Virus record (IMG/VR): IMGVR_UViG_3300012275_000045
Origin: a virus
Lineage: Duplodnaviria > Heunggongvirae > Uroviricota > Caudoviricetes
Strand: one strand, 5' to 3'
Length of the DNA: 5,835 nt
The notes under the pieces were generated by a model. The model ran no database searches, was not told the origin of the DNA, and saw nothing but the letters and a program-made list of their open reading frames with translations. Position numbers and translations under genes: made by a program. Below are positions 1-5,309 of this stretch, one piece after another. Each line of letters starts with the position of its first letter. The stretch's first letter is position 1.

Positions 1-295
1 CGGATTGAGTATTAAATTCATTCCACGCCCACTGTTTTATCGCGATCTGATATTCCCAACAAATACTCCCGCTGTAACACCACAACAACCAGGCTTTATG
101 ATGTTCTTCAAGAGACAGAACAGCCCGCCGCCACGATGATGTCGAAAACTCAACCGGACTGACCAGAGGAATTGACGTCCCCTTCGCCAGCGATTGCTTT
201 CCCGGGATTGGTGGATTATCCCGCGTTATCATTTTTCCAGTCACTTCATCGCGGTACCGGATTTTTTTTCGCCTGTAACGCCCTGTATCGAACAT
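1..295 (-). CDS. Partial ORF, 3' end beyond window start; hypothetical protein, possibly late-gene antiterminator Q-like by synteny
   Basis: Hand translation of the minus strand shows one frame open from 343 to position 1 (not in the supplied ORF track because it has no stop in-window). First ATG at 295..293, giving MFDTGRYRRKKIRYRDEVTGKMITRDNPPIPGK...EEHHKAWLLWCYSGSICWEYQIAIKQWAWNEFNTQS. It lies directly downstream of rusA in the same orientation, where lambdoid phages usually carry Q. The product assignment is positional only; I do not recognise the sequence. Confidence 0.3.
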   Translation of the reverse strand, partial: MFDTGRYRRKKIRYRDEVTGKMITRDNPPIPGKQSLAKGTSIPLVSPVEFSTSSWRRAVLSLEEHHKAWLLWCYSGSICWEYQIAIKQWAWNEFNTQS

Positions 296-339
296 GGCAT
301 TCTCTTGCCAGGCTTCAAGCTGACCTTTTGTTGCCCCAC

Positions 340-615
340 TCAAATNNNNNNNNNNCCGGCATGCGTAAGCGCATCCAGTGGTGCCTTCAGGATATTGTCC
401 AGGTCGCGGCGGCGCTTATCCGGTGGCTCTGCAATAATCTTTATCGCCAGCCTTCCGGACAGGCTTAATTTCAGCCGCTGCTGGCGAACAATTAGCGCCA
501 CATCACGGCGATAACTCTTTCCGGCTTCCGAGATGAAATACGTATTGCCATGACGTCGCCAGTAGGTATTCACCGTCGGCGGGTAAGGCAAAACAAATTC
601 TATGCGTTCAGTCAT
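340..615 (-). CDS. rusA: RusA-family Holliday junction resolvase (crossover junction endodeoxyribonuclease); C-terminus unresolved because of the N run
   Basis: ORF-track protein MTERIEFVLPYPPTVNTYWRRHGNTY...PDKRRRDLDNILKAPLDALTHA matches the RusA signature as I recall it (LPxPPSxNxY near the N-terminus, PDxRRRDLDN, DALTxAG). ATG at 615..613 directly abuts the TGA stop (618..616) of the upstream DUF968 gene, indicating translational coupling. The model is 91 codons against about 120 for RusA; the 3' end at 340 is an artefact of reading through the N run. Confidence 0.8.
   Translation of the reverse strand: MTERIEFVLPYPPTVNTYWRRHGNTYFISEAGKSYRRDVALIVRQQRLKLSLSGRLAIKIIAEPPDKRRRDLDNILKAPLDALTHAXXXXI
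346..355. other. Run of 10 N (assembly gap or masked bases) inside the rusA 3' region
   Basis: Literal nnnnnnnnnn in the sequence. True length unknown, so the downstream reading frame of rusA cannot be trusted. Confidence 0.95.
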
Positions 616-1674
616 TCATGCTTTCCACTTCAGAACACCCGAATTTCTCGCGTGCATTAAAAAACGAATCAGCAACAACAGCTGGCTGCCGTGTTTTTCT
701 TCAAAATCTTTTACCCCGGCGTGCAGTTCGTTATGACATTTACGGCACAGCGGAATAACAAACAAATCATCAGCCTTTGTTCCCATCCCTCCCAGTCCAT
801 GACCAATGATGTGATGCGGATCATCTGCCTGATTACCGCACGTCATGCATTTCTGCGTTTTTACCCAGCGCGTGTATACAGGCATCTCTTCCCGTTGTGG
901 TTTCTGGCGCTGGAGATACTGAGCCGGTGACTCCGGATCAACGGCAATGCTGACCACAGTCTTTTCCTGTGGCGGGATTTGTTGCTGGTGGGCGTGAGGC
1001 AGCGGCGCAAGATTTTTTGTGCGCTGCTTCAGTATGCTAGTGGCGGTCTGCTCTCCCGGTACGATGTCGCTTTCACGGTACATTGAGCGGATTTTTTCCG
1101 CACGCAACCCCAGCGAACGACGTAATACCGCTTCCGGTAGCGCGTCCGCCACCTGATTGCGGACCGCCCACCAGGATAATTCAGCCAGAGATAATTCACG
1201 CTCCTGCGTACCGCTTATTGCGTGACCGATGACGTCAATCATCCATGCTGACAGGTTTTGATGAGCAAGTTGCTCGAGTGATTCGGATGTCTGGTCACGC
1301 AGCTGGTTGTCGCANNNNNNNNNNAACACCATTGCGCCGGTACCATAACGGTGAATGACGGTTTCGCTGTGATGATAATCGCCGTGTGGCCACTGGCAGG
1401 ATTTAATATGGCGCAACAGCCAGTCAGACAATGCACCAGCACCACCAGCAGCACGAATCACCCGTGCGTTACTGAAAAACGGCAGCAATGTTTTGTCTTC
1501 CACCAGCGGCTGGCGAACGGCAGGAACGACCCCGGACGGCAGATTACGCATGCTTTTCGGTTCCGGCTCCACCAATACCCGGGTATTGTGGAATACCGGC
1601 ATGGATTCACGGCCCGGCTTAACGATCACCAGCCCGAGTTCCGGTACCAGAACAGGTCGAAGTAATACCCGCAC
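616..1674 (-). CDS. Prophage DUF968-family protein (YdfU-like) with C-terminal HNH-like zinc-finger motif
   Basis: 352-codon ORF. C-terminus contains CMTCG...HHIIGHG...PLCRKCHNELH (C-x2-C ... HH ... C-x2-C-H), the motif I associate with DUF968/YdfU-type prophage proteins, which sit next to Q in the Qin prophage. Start is GTG at 1674..1672, 4 nt after a GGAGG in the end of the upstream ORF; an alternative ATG at 1602 has no SD. The 10-N run at 1315-1324 falls inside and is read as XXXX in frame. Confidence 0.8.
   Translation of the reverse strand: MRVLLRPVLVPELGLVIVKPGRESMPVFHNTRVLVEPEPKSMRNLPSGVVPAVRQPLVEDKTLLPFFSNARVIRAAGGAGALSDWLLRHIKSCQWPHGDYHHSETVIHRYGTGAMVXXXXCDNQLRDQTSESLEQLAHQNLSAWMIDVIGHAISGTQERELSLAELSWWAVRNQVADALPEAVLRRSLGLRAEKIRSMYRESDIVPGEQTATSILKQRTKNLAPLPHAHQQQIPPQEKTVVSIAVDPESPAQYLQRQKPQREEMPVYTRWVKTQKCMTCGNQADDPHHIIGHGLGGMGTKADDLFVIPLCRKCHNELHAGVKDFEEKHGSQLLLLIRFLMHARNSGVLKWKA
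1315..1324. other. Run of 10 N (assembly gap or masked bases) inside the DUF968 gene
   Basis: Literal N run. The reading frame is maintained across it, suggesting a true length of 10 or 10+3k nt. Confidence 0.95.
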
Positions 1675-1675
1675 G

Positions 1676-1954
1676 TTACCTCCAGATGCGTTGCTGGAAT
1701 GTGCGGGACGGACGCGGTGGGCGTTCAGAGTAAGGAAGCCTGACGGAGATTATCCAGTGACGATAATCGAGGCTGAGGGCTTTCTTAATCTCGTATCCGT
1801 GTCTGCGGTAGCACTGAATTAGCCACTCGGCCTGTTCTTCAGTGCATGGGTCATGCTGGAACCAGTCAGATTTGAAAGTGCGGGAACGCCGCCCGTGCCT
1901 GCTGGCAAAGACGGCAAAATCATCAGAATTGTGTAATTTGGTATCGTGCGCCAT
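1676..1954 (-). CDS. Small nin-region protein (YbcO/DUF1364-like?), 92 aa
   Basis: The ORF-track model 1676..2035 begins at a TTG that overlaps the upstream terminator. The first ATG is at 1954..1952 (MAHDTKLHNSDDFAVFASRHGRR...), giving 92 aa. Stop TAA at 1678..1676 lies 1 nt before the GTG start of the DUF968 gene. Position and size fit the small nin-region ORFs upstream of rusA in DLP12-like prophages; the family assignment is from memory and tentative. Confidence 0.55.
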   Translation of the reverse strand: MAHDTKLHNSDDFAVFASRHGRRSRTFKSDWFQHDPCTEEQAEWLIQCYRRHGYEIKKALSLDYRHWIISVRLPYSERPPRPSRTFQQRIWR

Positions 1955-2023
1955 CGGTTGTCTCTGCTGGCGCAGCAGGTGCCAGTTGTTCAGGCTGGCG
2001 TGCGAATTGTAAACCAGAATGCC

Positions 2024-2052
2024 AGGAAAAAACAAAACCCGCCGAAGCGGGT
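2024..2052 (-). terminator. Rho-independent terminator (minus-strand transcription), tR2-like position upstream of the nin genes
   Basis: Minus-strand RNA reads ACCCGC-UUCG-GCGGGU followed by UUUUGUUUUUUCC: a perfect 6-bp GC-rich stem, UUCG tetraloop and U-tract. It lies about 200 nt downstream of the lipoprotein gene and just upstream of the YbcO-like gene. Confidence 0.75.
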
Positions 2053-2250
2053 ATGCTAAAACAAACTGAAAGTAATATACCGGACTTGTAAAGGAACGAT
2101 AGAATAATTATTGGATTAAACCCTGACTCAATCCAGATTTCATAGGCAACAACTACGGACTAATCATCACAGTCATGTTTGATAGACTTAGTCCACATTG
2201 GGTGAGGGTTTACGGCGTTTTCACTAATAATTTATCGTCCAAGCTATACA

Positions 2251-2643
2251 CTACTGCCCTGTTTTAACGAAGTTTTTAAAGGAAACAACTGCCTGATAGG
2301 GGTTTGGTTGACAGCCAAACATATTATCGCAAAAAGGCTTGATGAAAATTCTTGAGGATCCATCTTCATTTGGCATTTTACTCACTTGATAAGCGAGGAA
2401 TGGACTATTTGGAGAGGGATTATAAGTGGAAATTAGCGTGTCTGTCGCCGTTTGAATTTTCCATGAGGAATTATTAGCCAACCAGAATTGCGCTCGTTTC
2501 CAATAAAAGTCACATTGCTTTTCATCATTACATGTTAGTGGCTTCATTGCTTCTGCTTTCAACGCTGGATCGACCTTTGCTGCACACCCTCCCAACATTA
2601 CTGTTGCAATCATTACACCTGCGACTAAAACAAGTTTCTTCAT
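2251..2643 (-). CDS. Putative Cys-rich lipoprotein (prophage moron), function unknown
   Basis: 130-aa ORF. N-terminus MKKLVLVAGVMIATVMLGGC has a typical signal peptide with lipobox-like LGGC (Cys20). The mature part has four further Cys (CNDEKQC and CDNMFGC). The gene is visibly AT-rich relative to the flanking nin genes and sits between two terminator-like elements that share a 12-mer. A GGGAG lies immediately upstream of the ATG with unusually short spacing. Confidence 0.7.
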   Translation of the reverse strand: MKKLVLVAGVMIATVMLGGCAAKVDPALKAEAMKPLTCNDEKQCDFYWKRAQFWLANNSSWKIQTATDTLISTYNPSPNSPFLAYQVSKMPNEDGSSRIFIKPFCDNMFGCQPNPYQAVVSFKNFVKTGQ

Positions 2644-2694
2644 CTCCCTGCCCCATCAATAAAAGTTCGGTTCTCTAATAACTAGAGTTAATCA

Positions 2695-2717
2695 ACGGAA
2701 AAAACGCCGAAGCGGGT
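2695..2717 (-). terminator. Degenerate terminator-like element at the 3' end of the hok transcript
   Basis: Minus-strand RNA reads AACCCGC-UUCG-GCG-UUUUUU. It shares the 12-mer gccgaagcgggt (plus strand 2706-2717) with the terminator at 2041-2052, but the stem is only 3 bp. It lies about 70 nt downstream of the hok stop. Confidence 0.35.
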
Positions 2718-2786
2718 TAAGTGCGGGTGCGTTGAGGATGCCTGACACATCAGAGGTGGCGAGGGATTTCTCCCCCGCCAGGTCTC

Positions 2787-2942
2787 TTACTCCTCAGGTT
2801 CGTAAGCTGTGAAGACAGCGACCTCCGTCTGGCCGGTTCGGATTCGTACCTCGCAGAGGTCTTTCCTCGTTACCAGTGCCGTCACAATGACGGTTAAACA
2901 GATGACGATCAGGGCGATTAACATCGCCTTTTGCTGCTTCAT
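2787..2942 (-). CDS. hokD: Hok/Gef-family type I toxin (HokD/RelF-like), 51 aa
   Basis: Translation MKQQKAMLIALIVICLTVIVTALVTRKDLCEVRIRTGQTEVAVFTAYEPEE: single TM helix plus the conserved RKxLCEV..R.G..EVAAF/VF motif of Hok/Gef, and it matches my recollection of E. coli HokD/RelF. AAGGAG lies 9 nt upstream of ATG 2942..2940. There is no relB/relE upstream, unlike the K-12 relBEF operon. Confidence 0.9.
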   Translation of the reverse strand: MKQQKAMLIALIVICLTVIVTALVTRKDLCEVRIRTGQTEVAVFTAYEPEE

Positions 2943-2999
2943 AGCCTGCTTCTCCTTGCCTTTCGGCACGTAAGAGGCTAACCTAGATTTGCCGTTCAT
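2787..2999 (-). CDS. mok: Mok-like in-frame N-terminally extended reading frame (modulator of hok translation), 70 codons
   Basis: In-frame upstream ATG at 2999..2997 with GAGG 7 nt upstream. The extension MNGKSRLASYVPKGKEKQA resembles the basic K/E-rich extension of chromosomal Mok proteins as I recall them (e.g. MokC ...RKVKEKRAMKQHK). Mok/hok overlap is the standard architecture of hok/sok loci. Confidence 0.5.
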   Translation of the reverse strand: MNGKSRLASYVPKGKEKQAMKQQKAMLIALIVICLTVIVTALVTRKDLCEVRIRTGQTEVAVFTAYEPEE

Positions 3000-3153
3000 A
3001 GATTGAGCCTCAGATTAATGTTAAGCGTCTTGCAGGACGCGTAATGTTAACTGGGGCTTTTCTCTATCTGCCTTTGGTGTTCATGCCTGAGACAGATAGC
3101 CTCAAGCACCCGCAGCCATTCTACTTAACTCCCGTTACCTCGCCAATATGAAA

Positions 3154-3243
3154 TCAGTCAGAAAGGCGATCCATAAGAACAACAGCAAGGCAATAAATTG
3201 CCATTACAGCAGCAATAGCCAGCGCACATTTGAGAACCAGCAC
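3154..3243 (-). CDS. Candidate small hydrophobic membrane peptide (29 codons), possible type I toxin-like or leader peptide
   Basis: Perfect AGGAGG (3254..3249), 5-nt spacer, GTG start at 3243..3241, TGA stop at 3156..3154. Hand translation: (M)LVLKCALAIAAVMAIYCLAVVLMDRLSD, about 23 hydrophobic residues then an acidic/polar tail. Not in the ORF track because it is below the length cutoff. No homolog recognised. Confidence 0.3.
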   Translation of the reverse strand: MLVLKCALAIAAVMAIYCLAVVLMDRLSD

Positions 3244-3736
3244 CACAACCTCCTGTATTGGACGTACATCAGTCCTGATAAATATGAGGCTGTCTCGTCA
3301 GTGATTCAATACAACTATTGGGTATAGTTTCTGTGATTTTGTTCTGTAGAAATGGAACACAATAACCAGTCACCACCAGCACTTCTTTAAATACGCCAAG
3401 TCCGACGCAAGCTAACCTTCTAGCCCACTTTGAGCGAGAAGCAGACATTTACTTAACTGGATAGCAAGAGACTTCATATATCATGGTTGATCCCGGAGTT
3501 TTCAATAATGGAAAGACATTGCCCGTATGATCGGGCCGTAACCACATTAGAAGCAGGTGCCCTTTGTGAATTTTGATTGTGTCAACCTATCTGTTTTGAA
3601 TTTTTTATAAAAAATATTCGCAAATTTGTGAATTATGAGAGACAAACGAGCATGGACAACCAATGTTACTTTCATACACAATGAAGCAACATGATAAAAG
3701 TACACTGACTTTAGCAAGTAAATTTAGGAGATTGCG

Positions 3737-5071
3737 ATGTTTAGCTTAATCATGGCCGGAGAACCGGACGTTTTTGACCGCTGGCCGTGTATGGACCCAG
3801 GGCTTACAGAAGGCGAGGAAAGATTCTCGATGTCCCGCATGCTGGAAGGCACCCCAAGCGATATTTACAGTAAATTAACACCAATAAGACCCGATACCTT
3901 AAGAGAACTCGCCAAGCTACCAGTATTGTTCATGACCGAAACTTATACAAAAGATGATGAATATGATACAAACAAGTACATCAGGATCAGACTTGGGGAA
4001 ATAAGAAATTTACGTAAAGATGGTGGCGATATTTTATTTTCTTTCAAGATTAATCATAATTTTGGAGAAATAACGAATCCCCAAACGACATTATATAAAG
4101 AAACCCTAGGGCTAGGATCTTTCGGGTTAAGCCGTACACATTGGGCAGTAAAAAATAAGGATTTAAATATTGTTCTGGAATCACTTGGTTTAAACAAACA
4201 AAATAGTCACCTCAAAGGTACAATCAAATTAAAAAAACAAACATACCCAGTAGTCGAGAATATTATAGATTATCTTAATTTCATAAAGAAAAACTTTCGT
4301 GATGGTCTCATTACCTTTTATCGTGGACACTCTAAAAGCTCATATGAGCTTGTCCCCTCTCTTTACAGAAAAAATCAAAACGGGACGTACAGGCATCTTG
4401 CTTCAGAATCTGATTTAGTACGTGAAATACTCAGCGCAAGACCAAATGAATTTAAGGAGGATAAATTTACGATTGATAAACTTGTCCGCATGCAGCATTA
4501 TGGCTTGCCTACAAGACTCTTAGACATTACATCTAACCCACTGATAGCATTATATTTTGCTTGCTGTTCGAACCCCAATGAAAACGGACAGGTGATTTCG
4601 TTTTCAACAAATAGAAAGAAAATTAAATATTTCGACTCAGATACAGTGAGCTGTATAGCAAACTTATCTCTTTTATCTTACGAAGAGTTGGAAAAATTGT
4701 CCTCCTCTGATTCCAGAAAAGGTAATATGGAGTTATCTGAACTCACTGATAAACTTGCAGACCTTATACAGAATGAAAAATCATATTTTAGAAACAGAAT
4801 AATTCCTGATGACTTAAGGAAAGTTGTTTTCCTTAAGGCTAAAATAAATAATGAACGCATACAATCTCAGGCAGGAGCTTTTCTTCTGTTCGGACTTGAT
4901 CCCATTTTACCGGAAACAGATGCTGAGTTTCCTCTTAACAGAGTGGAGATAGCGAACAAAAATAAAATTCTGGAAGAGCTGGCGCAGCTTAATATATCCG
5001 AAAGCACTGTATATCCCAGCATGGAGAAAACGGCAGCAGAAATTAAAAAAAAGTTTTTATCGGTATCATAA
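3737..5071 (+). CDS. FRG-domain protein (444 aa) with an uncharacterised ~190-aa N-terminal region; candidate anti-phage / abortive-infection effector
   Basis: Long ORF in very AT-rich DNA, where random ORFs this long are improbable. TAGGAG (3725-3730) lies 6 nt upstream of ATG 3737; an alternative start is ATG 3830, preceded by GAGGAA. Residues 194-197 FYRG followed by ...YELVPSLYR..., and residues 253-275 QHYGLPTRLLDITSNPLIALYFA, match the FRG domain signature (Pfam FRG, PF08867) as I remember it. C-terminal part is charged and coiled-coil-like (EELEKLSSSD...LADLIQNEK). Only gene on the plus strand in the window, with non-coding DNA on both sides. Confidence 0.85.
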   Translation: MFSLIMAGEPDVFDRWPCMDPGLTEGEERFSMSRMLEGTPSDIYSKLTPIRPDTLRELAKLPVLFMTETYTKDDEYDTNKYIRIRLGEIRNLRKDGGDILFSFKINHNFGEITNPQTTLYKETLGLGSFGLSRTHWAVKNKDLNIVLESLGLNKQNSHLKGTIKLKKQTYPVVENIIDYLNFIKKNFRDGLITFYRGHSKSSYELVPSLYRKNQNGTYRHLASESDLVREILSARPNEFKEDKFTIDKLVRMQHYGLPTRLLDITSNPLIALYFACCSNPNENGQVISFSTNRKKIKYFDSDTVSCIANLSLLSYEELEKLSSSDSRKGNMELSELTDKLADLIQNEKSYFRNRIIPDDLRKVVFLKAKINNERIQSQAGAFLLFGLDPILPETDAEFPLNRVEIANKNKILEELAQLNISESTVYPSMEKTAAEIKKKFLSVS

Positions 5072-5098
5072 AGGGATAAACTAAAGGCAACGAAAACT

Positions 5099-5114
5099 AA
5101 GACTGCGCAGTCTT
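5099..5114 (-). terminator. Palindromic hairpin, weak candidate terminator for minus-strand transcription between the convergent 5310..5732 and FRG genes
   Basis: aagactgcgcagtctt is a perfect 16-nt palindrome (6-bp AT-rich stem, GCGC loop). On the minus strand it is followed by AGUUUUCGUUGCCUUUAGUUU (U-rich); on the plus strand no U-tract follows. The stem is weak, so confidence is low. Confidence 0.3.
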
Positions 5115-5309
5115 CAGATGGAAGTGCTCATTGGGAACGGTTTCAGGGGCAAAAACTGGAAGTTCCAGTGGGCCTTGAGCTGCTCCCTATAAATTAACAT
5201 ATCTCAATGTTATCAATGTCTGCTTTTGGCACAAAGCGGACAACCACGCTAGCTCTACCCTGTGCCACAAAATGTCAATTTACATCTGAACTAATGCACT
5301 TTAATCTCG

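Noticed and set aside
172-514. Plus-strand ORFs 172..468 and 194..514
   Set aside because: They lie antisense to the rusA and downstream minus-strand coding frames, span the N run, and have no recognisable product or RBS; the minus-strand genes explain the region.
691-1822. Plus-strand ORFs 691..930, 1351..1665, 1493..1822 and minus-strand ORF 1239..1454
   Set aside because: All are embedded in or antisense to the DUF968 and YbcO-like genes, which have clear family motifs and coupled starts and stops; these are shadow ORFs typical of GC-rich coding DNA.
1955-2035. Upstream TTG-initiated extension of the YbcO-like ORF to 2035
   Set aside because: The TTG start overlaps the stem and U-tract of the intrinsic terminator at 2024-2052; the first ATG at 1954 gives a 92-aa protein of the expected size.
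2157-2194. 7-bp inverted repeat GGACTAA ... TTAGTCC with a 24-nt spacer downstream of the lipoprotein gene
   Set aside because: Short, AT-rich stem with a long loop and no U-tract; the strong terminator at 2024-2052 already accounts for termination.
3147-3326. Plus-strand 59-codon ORF (MKSVRKAIHKNNSKAINCHY...) antisense to the hydrophobic mini-ORF
   Set aside because: No Shine-Dalgarno upstream of its ATG and a low-complexity polar composition; the opposing mini-ORF has a perfect SD. It cannot be fully excluded without expression data.
3521-3536. Hairpin gcccg-tatgat-cgggc in the intergenic region
   Set aside because: 5-bp stem without a flanking U-tract on either strand; insufficient evidence for a terminator or sRNA.
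3000-3736. Expectation of relB/relE upstream of the hokD-like gene, as in the K-12 relBEF operon
   Set aside because: No ORF of suitable size (about 79 and 95 aa) exists on the minus strand in this interval; the locus instead has a mok-like extension, so it is a stand-alone hok/mok locus.
4678-4860. Minus-strand 60-aa ORF inside the FRG gene
   Set aside because: Entirely antisense within the well-supported 444-aa ORF; no RBS and no recognisable product.
5118-5192. Plus-strand 24-codon ORF (MEVLIGNGFRGKNWKFQWALSCSL) downstream of the FRG gene
   Set aside because: No ribosome-binding site and too short to support; the FRG tripeptide in it is coincidental.
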